A stretch of 62,494 nucleotides of DNA, the filler included, from Pirum gemmata (taxonomy: Eukaryota), in the NCBI GenBank assembly GCA_002812295.1. It is 12 parts of 12 records of this genome, joined end to end, with 100 filler letters (N's around TTAATTAATTAA, not from the genome) between each part and the next. Parts side by side here need not be neighbours in the genome. Positions count along the whole stretch, not along the records: positions 20,079 to 25,010 come from PDIN01000801.1; positions 25,111 to 29,999 come from PDIN01000802.1; positions 30,100 to 35,017 come from PDIN01000803.1; positions 35,118 to 41,947 come from PDIN01000804.1; 8 more parts are not named here. One strand, 5' to 3'. Under the pieces are notes generated by a model that was not told where the DNA came from, did not search any database, and saw only the letters and a list, made by a program, of their open reading frames with translations. Of the stretch, positions 21,668 through 35,295 are shown piece by piece (position 1 is the stretch's first letter; each line of letters begins with the position of its first letter). The position numbers and the translations under genes were made by a program.

Positions 21668-24600
21668 GCTGCAGCTAAAGCAACAACAGCATTTAATACA
21701 AAAGCACCTTCTTTATCAGCATCACAAGCAATTTCATCAACAAGTTCTCTCACAACGACAGCAATCGTTGGTGGGAAAGTAACCCCTAAATTATCCACCT
21801 TGAAATTTTCCTCACCATCAAAACCAGTAGCATTTGTTGATACACTTTCAACAACTAGCAATTTTAATAATAACACGGTTGTAAAGAAAAATAAAAAAGC
21901 ACCAAATATTCCTATACCTGTCATACCAATATCGGATTTAAACGCTGCTAGTGGAACAACAACAACAGCAACAGCAATAACAACAACAGCAACAACAACG
22001 ACAACAACAGCAATCGCGACAACCACAACTAGAAAACCAAGAAGAACACGTGCATTATCAGCACCACTAGCAGTTTTAGCAACAACTTTAACAAGTACCC
22101 CTACAAGCGTCAATACCAAATTTACCCCGCCTGCAACATCAGTAACTTCTGTGGATACACTTTCAACAATAACTTTTTTGAACAATAACGATTGCTCTAA
22201 CGTCCCAGCTCTTTCGAAAGCGGTTTCCAAGCCTTCTCTGCCCTTACCTGCTCTACCTGTTGAAAACGAGGAAGAAAAAGAGAGCATTTTCTTAACTCTA
22301 AGAAAATTGAAAGCTAAACTTTTGGCTGTTGATGCTCAGGATGAGGTCTATAAAGATCTTTGTACTGATACCGAGGAAGACGCTTCCTATGACATTGTTG
22401 GTTCGGTACCCTCCAAAATCAGTAACGACATAGTTCCAGGTCAAGTGGACTTTCATCCAACAACTACACATAATATCAATGTCCAAAACACCGAAATTGA
22501 TAATGGTGACTATTATGAAGTACGCGCTATTGATACTGTTAAGGGGGGAGATAAATTTCGAGGAAATGAAGGTATATATGATAATTATGATTTTGATAAA
22601 CGTAGCTCCTCTATTTACGAAAACGCTAACAATTTGCCATATTTGAAAGCAGAAGAAGGCAAAAATGATATTTATGAAAACTTTGATTTGGATTCTTTAA
22701 TTTATGAAGTAAGGAGTGGAAATCGAATGACTAATTGTAAACGGGAAAGCTTGGTAATTAAATCTAAACGAGAGAGTATGATAATTGACCCAAATATTGT
22801 TCAAAGCGGCCACCAGAACTTTGATCAAGAAAAAGAGCTGTTGCAAAGTAGGGTTGACATCTTACCAGAGAGAGTTACTTTTGGATTAGAAATAGAAAGG
22901 CAACCTCATATTCCCTTACCACGAGTGTCAAAAGCTGATATAAGTCTTCAATCTAATAACGAGAAAAGTACCTTTTCGCTGAACAAAAAGTCGAACGAAG
23001 AAGTTTCAGAAAGTGATAGTGACCCTTCAAATAAAATTCCTTTAAATGGATCCAGTGTTCCTAAAATAAAGAAAAGCTATAGTAAAAAATTTCAAAATTT
23101 AAGAAAATCCACTTCTTTTGCTAAGAAAGATGCTCCTGTTACCGAAAATAATACAGTTAAAGCTACAAAACGGAAGAATTCTTTAGTTGAAAGCGACACG
23201 GATAAAACTTCATCACCGAAAACGAAAAAAAATTCACTGGATAACTCCGATAGTGAAAGTAATAGAGATTTAGAAAGTGATGATGCAGAGAGAGATAGTA
23301 ATAAAAAAATGTTTCGAATTTCTAAGTCAAAATATAAATTTGACCGTGAAAAGTTTGCAACATTTGGTGATCATTATTCAAGTTCCACTAAAGAAACTAG
23401 AATTGGAAGGCTAAGAACCAGCCTTAGTTCAGTAAAATTTCCCACATCGGCCCCAGAAACCATTCAGGGATCAAGTGCGCATTCCAACTCTGCTGATTTT
23501 GTTAAAGTGGAAAGGTCTTTGCCTCCTTTACCTGATCAAAAAGTTAAAAAAGGTGGAATAGGTAGATCAAAGTCTGTATCCGAAATAGCAGTTACAGATT
23601 TAACAAAGAAATCAACGATGATCGCAATACAAACGCTATCCAGTTCTTCTTCCGATGCAAATTATTACGAGAAAGCTAGAAAAAAATCTTTCGATTCGCA
23701 TCATTACGATGAAGCTAGAAAAAAATCTTTCGATTCGGAAGCTAGAAAGTCATCGGATCATTACGATGTAGTTGGTAGTGTCACACATCACACTACAAAC
23801 AACAACAAAACAGGTATCAAGGTCACGCGAATGAATAGATCCCACTCAGTGACAAATGTTTTATGTACAAGAGACACGTTAGAGTCTTCAATCAAACCAA
23901 AATATCGTTATGACGAAATTGGCAGTTGGGATGCCACACATAGTACCACAATCAGCAATAAAAAAGGTGCCCGAGTCACCGAAATAGGTAGGTCCAACTC
24001 TGTGACAGATGTTCTCTGTACGGGAGACACCTCAAAATCTCCTATCAAACCAAAACTTCCACTACCTCACCCACCATTATTACCTTCTACAACCCAAAAA
24101 TCGTCCTCTTCTGGTTATCTTTACGATGAAGTTGGTGGTTGTAATACCACAAAGAGCAAAGAACAAAGTAAAAAACTGGCTAGATTGGTTAAATCTCACT
24201 CTAATGAACGAAGCCCTTTACCAGTGACAAAGTCGATACTGGGATCATCAAGCGCTGACCATTATGAGGAAGTTAATGGTACTATTAATTTTAATCACTT
24301 TTTGAATAATGTAAATAACGAAACTAGTGAAGGTAAAAATACTAATGTTGCAAGAATAGACCTAGAAGTTGAAGAAGATACAGAAAATTCCAAAGATGTA
24401 GATAATAATAAGATGCTTTTAGAGTTTTTAGATTTAGTCAATGCATTAGAAAATGAACTTAGTTCTTCAACTTTTCCTACACAAAATAATACCAAATCTG
24501 AACTTTGCGTTGGAGATAAAATTGAGACAAATGATAGAATGGAAAAGCGGCAAGTTTCTAAAAAGAAAAGTATTGAATTGACACCATATTATTTTGCTAT

Positions 24601-24679
24601 ATTAGAACAACAACGTTTGAATGATTCTAATAGTATGATTAAATTTTATATTCAACTACTTGAAAGCGAAGCTACATAA
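20553..24679 (+). CDS. Large intronless disordered protein with 53-aa repeats, Asn/Thr tracts, PxxP and tyrosine motifs; broken at N21180 by an assembly join
   Basis: ORFs 20553-21206 and 21299-24679 share a 159-bp repeat (EIAKKKNVNKAPNVSVPAIPIPKTPTQGI..). Motifs YDNY, YENA, YENF, YDEA, YDEI, YDEV, YEEV, RSLPPLP and PSLPLPALP. Confidence 0.8.
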
Positions 24680-25194
24680 TAATATTATATAATTATATTT
24701 TTTAAAAAAATAAATTCGACAACAATTAATATTGAACAAAAATAATTAATAAAGTTAGTAGTTAACTGTTTAATACACAAAAACCAATCAGACATTATTT
24801 GTTCAAAAGCCTAGTCGGTGGTTTTGTTTTCTCGAGTCTATAACCTTACTAAAAGAATACTTACAAAGTAATATACTATAGTAATCATGGAATAATCATG
24901 GAACCTGGGGAACTAAAATCGAACTGAGGCAACAAAACTACTTGATTATATTAATTTAAGATTTTTATTTTAAGTTAAAGTTTTCAGTTTAAATAATAAT
25001 AATAATAATANNNNNNNNNNNNNNNNNNNNNNNNNNNNNNNNNNNNNNNNNNNNTTAATTAATTAANNNNNNNNNNNNNNNNNNNNNNNNNNNNNNNNNN
25101 NNNNNNNNNNATAAAATTTTCGAACTACTACTTAATAAATTCTAGACCAAAAAACGAACCCACCTTTAAAAACAGCTAAGTAGAAATTATTATT

Positions 25195-25580
25195 TTAGAC
25201 TTCTTTTCTAAATACCTTTCATGCTAACTAGCCAAATTATTTTTTTAAAAACTGGTCATTGGTTCATAACAAAATTTATTAGTTAGGTGATTCTCAAAAT
25301 TTGGTAGTACTTTCATTAAAATTGGAGCATTTTGAGATTTTTTGGATTTTGAGCTCATATGACATTTTTAGACCTATCTGACTTGGCAAAAAAAAATAGG
25401 TAGACTAAGTAACCATAAAAATCATTTTCTAAAAACCTTTAACGCTAACTAGCCAAATTATTTTAAAAACTGGCCATTGGTTTATAATAAAGTTTTCTTA
25501 GTTATAAGATTCTTAAATGTTTGGTAGTACTTTTATTTAAATTGGAGCATTTTGAGGTTTCGGATTTTTGAGCTCAGTGG
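25195..25580 (+). repeat. Dispersed repeat family F, two tandem copies
   Basis: Core GCTAACTAGCCAAATTATTTT..TTGGTAGTACTTT..GGATTTTGAGCTCA; also at about 47482-47670 (+), 17730-17940 (-) and 60050-60190 (-). Confidence 0.8.
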
Positions 25581-25930
25581 AAGTCTAGCTAGTCTAGCTA
25601 GACCCCCTGTAGTAGCTAGCTAGCTAGCTAGAGAGTAGACTAACAAGGGGGTTGTCTTGCCGCCCCAAGATGTCGCCAGGTAAAAAAAAAAAAAAAAAAA
25701 AAAAAAAATTATTCAATGCCCCTCTCAACATTTATTAGCCTCTCAACACTCTCTCAACAATGTTTTAGTCAATGTTGAAGGGATTTCAAGGCCAAGGTCA
25801 GAGGCCAGGTCTATCTACTGTTCTCTACTCTAGATAGCTATTCGTAGCTAGGCAATCTACCCCAGCTACTACTATTATTACTATGATGAAAACGAGATTT
25901 TTCAGAGATTTTTCCATGACGGAGATTTTC

Positions 25931-25995
<65 letters not shown>

Positions 25996-27547
25996 GTTTG
26001 GCTCCGAAAGCCCGAAATCAGCTTGATATTTTGAGAGAAGGTATTATTAGGTATTATAGACTACTGGAATTACGAGCTGAATATCCAGCCTAATAGTACC
26101 TAATTAACCACATCCTTTTGGAAAATCGTCATAAATAAACCCTCTGGGGGTGAGTTTTTTTTTTTTTTGTAAACAGTAGACTAGCTAGTGGACTAGTGGC
26201 CTAGCTACTGAAGTAGTAGCTATATATAGAATTAGCCTGTAGAATTAGCTATAGCTACTGTAGCTACTGTAGCTAGTAGCTAGCTAGTAGCTACTAGTAT
26301 GATATAACTGTGTAGCACAAATATCTCGGTAGACTATGATATCATAGTCTAGCTAGCTAGTAGTCTAAATGAGAGGTAGAAGTGAGGTAGAGTCTACCGG
26401 TTTAGCTCTAGCTAGGTCTAGCTAGCGGTAGGTCAGCAGTCTAGAGCAGCTAGGTCTACCGGTAGTCTATATTAGTCTATTCACTATCATGCCTACCACT
26501 TAGTACCACTAGCTAGGCTGCTATGATACTTTTTTTCTTACTACTAGTAGTAGACTACTTTTTTTTCTTTTTCTATCATACGCCTACAGAAAGAAATTTT
26601 AGACTACTAGCTAGAAGGGTCTACAGACTGTCTACAGCTACTATCCTATCTGATAGCTAGAGCTGCTAGACTTCTATTTTTTTTAAAAAAATCCAGTTAT
26701 TGGGTGTTCAGTCTAGCTAGTAGGGTGTTCAGTCAGGGTGTTCAGTGCCCTATCCTCTGAAGAAAGAGGGTGATTGTATGATAACAAGTTCTAGCTAGCT
26801 ATCATAGCAGCAGATATGATAGGATAAAAGTTATTAGAGTCTGAAGGAACTATTATGATAAAAAAAATTAAAAAAGTAAAAAATGGTACCTTTGCAGTAG
26901 CTCTAGGAAACCGGTTGAAAATGTTACCTGTAGACTACTAGCTAGAACAAAGAAATAATTTGGTTGAAAATAGTTATTATAAATGTATTATTATTATTAT
27001 TTTATTTTATTTTACTAGTCTATGATATGATTTTGATATTATTATTGTGATATGATATCATAATGTTATTACATGAGAACTAGCTAGCTAGCTAGAGCCT
27101 AGACTAGACCTCTACTAAAGTTGGAAGTTCTCATGATTTTCAGTCTAAAAATATTTTTATTTTTTTAGCTACTAGGTTATTACATCACCCCTTAAAATAA
27201 ATAGGTAGCTCACTTAATTACTTTTTTGTTCAAGCGAACGTATAAAACTTTTCAAATTTTCTATCAATTTTCGAGCTGATAAATGTTATCTAATTAATTA
27301 TAAATATGTTCGCACTGGAATTGAGTAATATATGATCGAAGTTAATATGATCGAAGTTAGTATTGACTAAATGTTTTTGTTTTGGTATTTTTATGTATTT
27401 ATTATTTTTTTTTATTTTTTTTTAAATCTACAAATGCTTTTGGAAACTTTTTGGAATCTTTTTTTCAACCAACCAGTTTCTTATTTTAACAAATCAAAAT
27501 AGAGAATGGGAACAAAAATGAAAAAAAAAAAAAAAAAAAAAAAAACA

Positions 27548-27582
<35 letters not shown>

Positions 27583-27724
27583 ACAGAAAAGAAAGAACTG
27601 ACTGAAATTACCGGTAAGTCAGCCTTGTGGTATGAAAGACTCGCATAAAAACTGAAATCGAATTTCTGAAATGCATATATAAAAATTATAAGGAAACTAG
27701 GTTTGAAAGAAGAAAACAAACGAA

Positions 27725-27786
<62 letters not shown>

Positions 27787-29581
27787 AACTGAGAATAAAA
27801 AAGGAAATTTTTTTTTGAGTTTACCTGGGCACTCTGGACTCTGGAGCTCTGGAGCCCTAACTAACTTCTCTCTACAAGTCTCTAGCTAGCTAGCTACCGA
27901 GAGTTATATAGCTACTAGGCTGCTAGTAGGTAGCTAGGTGTATCTACGCTAGCTAGGCGGCCTAGGCCCCATTTTTTTTTTTTTTTCATATAGACTAGTC
28001 TACAGACTTCGCGCAGTCAGCGCACACTCAGCGCACTCACATTCACAAACGGTTTTTTTTTATTCGATCCGAACACTTTCTTATTGCAATTGAGTTTGGA
28101 GAATTAGAAACTCATTTAATTAAACTATTCTACGTAGAAGTATAAGAAAACACCGAGAAAACTTTGGTTGCTTTAATTAAATAAAATATGGTAATTTATA
28201 ATTATAAATTTTAACCTTTTAAAAATCAAGAGCACTACTCTTGTTTAAATTCATTTCCAATGGTAACTGGTTTAATAATTTACATGCACACGCACTTAGA
28301 AAGGGATATATATATGTGTGAACAAAACTTGTCACTCACAAATTCATAGACAGCTATACCATATTTTGTATTAGTTATGTGTACGTTTGAGTCCATTATC
28401 ATTATTATCATTATTTACTATCATCATCATTATTTATTTAATATCCATAATATAATAATAATATAAACCGTATCAACATTCATGGAAGTCCATGACCACC
28501 TTGAAATTTGCAAGCAGAAAAACTCCGTTATATTATTGTAATTTTAAAATGTTAATTAATTAAAATCAATGTTAATTGATGCAGTATCAAACACACCCCT
28601 GCAGATATTTTTTTTAAAAAATGAGATTGAGTTATGCTTGTTTGGATTATTAAATTTAATATATTAATAACAATATTAATTAATTATGATTATTTTAAAA
28701 TCTTTAGAAAGCTAAATGTAAGAATAATAATTCAGATGGAACCGGGGAACCTAAAATCGTATATGGTCTATTTATATAATTATAGGCGCTTTTTTGGTTT
28801 AATATTCACTTTAAACTGAATTATATTGTGTTATATGTAAAGTAGTTTTCATAAGTTTATATAGTTAAGATATGTTGATGCGATCATTTTAGTATTGTGT
28901 TTCCGTGAAAAGAAAAATCAGCATAATTATTATATGTAATTGTTCCTTTGTTATATTAATATATATACTTATATAATAGTATCATATTATATCGATATAT
29001 TAAAATATTGATAATATTCAATCTCTGAAACGGCAATAATATTATAGTAAATTGTTGTTGTATTGTCATGATTCATGTAACTGAGCCACTAAACCCACTA
29101 AGTACAGTGGGTAGAATAACTGTAGAATAGTTTCATTTATGATAATGTATTTTATTAAATAATTTTTGCTAGTCTACCGGTAATAATGCATAGTATCGTA
29201 TCATAGTACAATAATACCTACAAATACTCAATAATAATTATCGTAATGTTTTATCATATGATATTAGACTAAAAAGCAAGTTCAATGAGTGTCCAGTGAC
29301 CGCTTCAAAAAAACGAAAAATTTAAAATAAAAAAAGCTGGAGGCAGACATGATACATATAACAGCTCGAAGTGTCTCTAGTTCGTTTCTTTTTCAATTTA
29401 ATAACAAACAACTTATTCACAGTTTATTCAATGTCAATTACGTAATGTTATGGAAACAGTGAGTTTAAAAATACTTTCGAGTCGAAAAAAGTACAATTAT
29501 CTAAGTATGTGATCGATAATCGATCACTATTTTTCTCTTGTGGAAGGTTGATCTCCAAATAATTTTTTTTGTTGAATGGTC

Positions 29582-29644
<63 letters not shown>

Positions 29645-32152
29645 TGTGTACTAGCTAGAGCTAGCTAGTTAGTCTAGCTAGACTATTTACTGATAGTTGG
29701 GACTACAATTTGTATCATAATTTTAGTCTATTTTGTAGCCATTTCAACCAAATAAGACACCCTACCTACAGCCTAGTAGCTAGTATACCCCTGTAGCTAG
29801 TCTAGCTAGCTAGCTAGCAGCTCTTAGTAGCTATCCTGTAGCTATCAATGGCTAGCTAGCTAGACTATTATGAGTTTTTATCATCTAGCAGAGCTAGCTA
29901 GAGAGAGTCAGTAGCTACTACTAGCTAGCTAGAGAGTCTATCGATACAGGATACTCTATCGATAGGGAGCGTTCAAATACTACGTAACGCTAATTTCCGN
30001 NNNNNNNNNNNNNNNNNNNNNNNNNNNNNNNNNNNNNNNNNNNTTAATTAATTAANNNNNNNNNNNNNNNNNNNNNNNNNNNNNNNNNNNNNNNNNNNNA
30101 AAAAAAATAAACAAAAAAATAAAAAAAAAAAAAAAAAGCGTTACCAAAGAGGCAATGTCTAAAATTAACTAGTAACTCGATCATCAGACTCGATGTTTAT
30201 GCATCATGTGACTTTCCGAATTTAGAAAAAATTAAACCAATTAAATTAAAAAGCTAATCTAGAGCTTAAAAAACAAGCAAACTTTGTCATTGAATTTTCT
30301 TCATAGCTGATTATTACCCATTCTATAAACACTTATATTTTGTTCCCAGACGGCCACTTTAAGCTCAAAAAATCCAAACTAAAGCAAAAAAAAGTAAATC
30401 TAGACTATCTAGATTTTTTTATTAATTATTTCCCTAAAAAAAAAAGATATTTGCTTTCTAATTATGGCAAAAAAATATATATATTCCAAATTAGGATTTA
30501 TTTTGGCTCGATGTGGTTTTTCATTTTCGAACACAAATCATCATAAATATTACGTCATATTAAAAATAAACACCCGTCTTTCATAATCTACAAAAAAAAT
30601 TGGGATTTGACCAATGAAAATAAATAATTTAGACATCGGGTTTTCTGACAGGGGCGCCTAATTTCATCCATAATTCGAAATTTTCAAATTTTGTTTTGTT
30701 TTTTTAAAAAATTCAATTAAAAGTCATTATTAAATATACTTAATTAGCTCAACAAGACCCATATATAGATATTAGGAACACTATATTGGACAAAAAACAG
30801 AAAACCTTTTTAACAGACCTAAAAAACTCCATTTCTCTCCATTGGGAATTTGGGAGGGTTCAAATAATACGTCACGTCAAGGGTAGGTAGGTAGGTAGGC
30901 TGTATTTGACCGGAAATTAACGTCAAGGGGTAGGTAGGTAGGGGTATTTGAAGCTGTATTTGACCGGAAATTGGCGTTACGTTGTATTTCATATGGGCGA
31001 CATTGCTAACGCCCTAAAAAAAAAAATAAAAAAAAAATAAAAAAAAAACTCCGATGAAGAAAGATATCTGTTTTTTTTATTATACTAGAGCTAGCTACTA
31101 GAGAACAAGCTAGTATCATAGCTACTAGAAGTAACAGAGTATGATATTTGTTTTTTTATCGTATTTTAAAACATTTTTCTTTATTTAGTTTTTTTTTTAT
31201 CACAGGTTTTATTATTGGTATTATCACTCTAGGGTATTATCAATTTATCATAATAATATTTAATAGCACTGAACTAGCACTGACCATCTTCACTTTTAAT
31301 TAAAAAGAGTCACTTTATCTATAGATACGTTCGTTTTATCATGGCTCATGGTTTTTTATTTATAATGATGACGATATTAATTGGACAATTAATTTAATTA
31401 TTAAACAATATATTAATATATCACTATAGATCACTATGCATATATATATGATTACAATAAATTAGTCTCAGATAAATTGGTTTATAATTACGATAATTGG
31501 GCAATTATATTAATACCAACTTAATTATACATCACTACAGTAAACTGATGTAGTTATATTGTTGTTTATACATAGACGTAATGGAGGTTTACTTTTAAAA
31601 AATGTAACTTTATAATTATCAATTAGAATTATTATATAATATGATAGTTTGTTTCAGCTGTTTTGTCATCATGAAGTATACAATAAGTAATACCAAATAA
31701 ATACAATATAATTCCATTTAATATATTTTTATATATTTTATTATCTATGTATTGATTTAAGAATGTCAATTTAAATATTATAACCCTCCAAATAAATATT
31801 TTGAGTGACAACATAAATGAAAAGCACGATAGAACTTCTACTATACGTAGAGTATCATCTAGCTATCATAGAACTTCTAAAGTAGACTAGCTATGACATA
31901 GTGCTGTACAGGAGCATCACTCGATAGGAGACTCCTTTCTTTCACTCTTTCTCCTCTTTTCATAATGAAAGACACATTACAACAGCTAACTAACTACTAC
32001 TACTAGCTCTACTATTATAAACAGCACATTTATTTATAAAACAAATATTATCATATATGTCTATTTAACTTCTATTTATCATATTAATGATATTATAGCA
32101 TATCTGATACTTATTTATGATAAAAAATATCATAGTCAAAGAACTTCTAAAG

Positions 32153-32203
32153 TAACCCTAACCCTAACCCTAACCCTAACCCTAACCCTAACCCTAACCC
32201 TAA
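32153..32203 (-). repeat. Interstitial telomeric repeat (CCCTAA)n
   Basis: About 8 perfect units inside a contig. Confidence 0.95.
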
Positions 32204-34087
32204 GAAGTCTAATTATTATTTTGATAACGAAGTTCTGGACCTTGTGGTCCTTTTGGAGACTGAGGAGGAACTTTTGTAACTGCACCTTCCATTTGCCACA
32301 GATGAGAAGTGGTGATATTTGATAAAACCTCGATGGCGATAAAACAAATGGTACAAATCTTTCTCATGACGAACAAAATACCAGTTAATGATTTGTTAAA
32401 AGCATCATAGGCTATATATAGACCCTAACCCGTGCCGCAGGCGTCGCTCTGGTCTAGCTAGCTAGCTAGCTAGCTAGGCTAGGCCTGGCTAGCTTGATAA
32501 ATTTTTTAATAACTGTTCAAATTGATAATAATGAATGTTTAGCTATATAATTACACTATTTTATTAATGCATATTAAAAGTCTTTAGTACCAGATAGATA
32601 ATCCTATAATCAATGTAACTATATATATATATATATATATATTATTATACGTACGTGTATGGGTCAGTATTGATTTATTTATTACTGATTCTAATATCAC
32701 AGAACTAATTATCAAGCATATGCATGAAGATGCATGAATCTATATTAATAATATGAGAGAAATTATCTCAGAAATATTGAATTAAAATTTTGTTGGATAT
32801 AATATATTGTATACACGTGTATAACTGAATGTAGTAGTAGATAATATCATAGTCAGCTGATCATATCATAGTAGTATCAGTGTAGAATGTGTGGTATCAA
32901 TGATTATATAACACATTAAAATTTTTATTTTTAAATATGACATTAAAATTGGTTTTCATTTATTTTGTCACTCTGAATATTTATTTGGAGGGTTATAATC
33001 TTTAAATTGTCATTTTTAAATCAATACATAGATAATAAAATATACCAAATTAAATTAAATGGGTCTATATTGTATTAATTTGGTACTATTTATTGTATTA
33101 TTTATGATGACAAAACAACTGAAAAGTACTACAACTGGTTTTAATCCTGGGCACTTATCGAAACTTATAAAATCTAATCTAGGAGTAAAATGGGGTAAAA
33201 TACAACAACATAAATGTATAATATATAAGTTATAATTAAGTTCTGTATACATTATAAATCATGGTATGTATTTTCAATAATTTTTATTATACAAAACTAG
33301 TTATTAGGGATATAACTAATATCAATTATCGATACCAGTACAGCCACCAGTAGTCTATATCATTCTAATATATGATATGATATCATATAAAACACTAGAA
33401 CTAGCTCAAATACAGCTTCAAATAGTCTTCAAATACCCCCTCTGCCTACCTTCCCCTCGACGTTAATTTCCGGTCAAATACCTACCTACCTTTGAACGCT
33501 CCCTAATTATGCATCTATACGAATTTACCTCCATTACTCTATGCCATAGCTTCTAGCTCTAGCAGTGCTCTAGCGCCATTTAATACTGGGGAAAACCACC
33601 TATGATACTAAGGCTACTATTAAAGTGGGGGGAAACCAAACCACAGTATGACCTGAGTATGACACTATCGATCTATTATCTGTTATCTGATATAATCATA
33701 TAGACTTCATATAGACTAATTGATAGTTTTTTACTGTATGTAGCTATGGGCCTATGGCCTATGGTGGTTTTCATTTATTTTGTCATGAAAAAACAAAGTT
33801 TTTTAAAAAAACAACTGAAAAGCACTATATACATTGTAGGCTGGGCGATGAAGACATTGAAGAGTGGTCAGCGGTCTATAGACTATATATAGCCCTTCAT
33901 GAATCATAATTACCTCGGAATTTATCCAATTAACCAATCATTATCCTTTAAAAGCATTCGTCAATGAATCGTCATAAAAAAGCTTCTGTAAATAAGGGAT
34001 TTCCGAAATTCCGAGTACGATTTCCAGTCAGGATTGAGTCTTTTGCTAGGTCTTTTGAACTCTTTTCCTCTACTAGCTAGGCTCTAG

Positions 34088-34384
34088 GGGGCGTTCAAAT
34101 ACTACGTAACGCTAATTTCCAGCAAAAACCTACCCACCTACTCAAAAGTCACACAATCGTAACATCGAGAAAAATGACCTACCCATAATGACGTAACGTT
34201 TTAAAAATAGTACCCTAATTAGTATACTCAAAAAAGCAAAAAAAGCTCAAAAAATCCCAAAAAAAGCTCAAAAAATTCCAAAAAAAGCTCATTTTTTTTT
34301 CCCACTATATATATANCACTTTGGTCACAAAATTCTACCCCCCCCTACCAACCCGTAAGTGTTACGTAGTATTTGAACGCTCCC
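34088..34384. mobile_element. MITE family B (PIF/Harbinger-like, 3-bp TSD)
   Basis: TAG|GGGGCGTTCAAATACTACGTAAC...GTTACGTAGTATTTGAACGCTCCC|TAG. The same left end occurs at 29965 and 56911. Confidence 0.88.
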
Positions 34385-34891
34385 TAGCTACTAGCTAGCT
34401 AGCTAGTGAAAACTCAGACGTAGTGCGCGCGCTTTTGGTTGTCAGGAACAGGAAAAAAAAAAAAAAAAAAAAAACGACAACTCTACTAGCTAGCTAGTAG
34501 CTAGCTGTTGTAGCTGCCACGAAAAACTAAAAGTTCAAGGAATAGACAGGTCTAGCTAGCTACTACCCGTTTACATCATGTTATGTTGACCGGAAATTAA
34601 CGTCGAGGGGTATTTGAAGCTGTATTTGACTCTAGCTAGGTATTTGACTGGAAATTGGCGTTAGGCCTAACTACACTAGTAACTAGACTACCAATATATT
34701 ATTATATTCCTACACTATTCCTATATTATATTATTCTATTATGAATTTATGATTATATTGTTTTTTTAAAAAAATTTAGGGTTAGGGTTAGATTTTATTA
34801 ATTATTTTTATAATACCGGTAGACTAATAAGAATATCCTTTTTTAACTCCTTTTGGTAAAAATGGTTTGACTTTTTTGAGGAAAAAAAAAC

Positions 34892-34957
<66 letters not shown>

Positions 34958-35295
34958 TAACTATTATTACTCTATTATTACAGTATTATTATTATATTAA
35001 TTTTACAAAATGTTTTANNNNNNNNNNNNNNNNNNNNNNNNNNNNNNNNNNNNNNNNNNNNTTAATTAATTAANNNNNNNNNNNNNNNNNNNNNNNNNNN
35101 NNNNNNNNNNNNNNNNNGTCCCCTGGCCGCTCGACATTTTTAGCAAATTTGGTAAAAAGTGCCTCAAAATATGGTTAAGGATTAAACAAAATTGGTAAAA
35201 AAAATACTTAGAAATTTTTTCACATTTTGTGATCGATGTACACTTTAAGTCTGTTTATATATACACTTATAATTATAATAATAATAAAAATAATA

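Noticed and set aside
21043..22287. 414-aa minus-strand ORF and other antisense ORFs over real genes (e.g. 3424-4530, 35317-36555, 49675-50977)
   Set aside because: Shadow frames of coding or trinucleotide-repeat sequence with no independent motifs.
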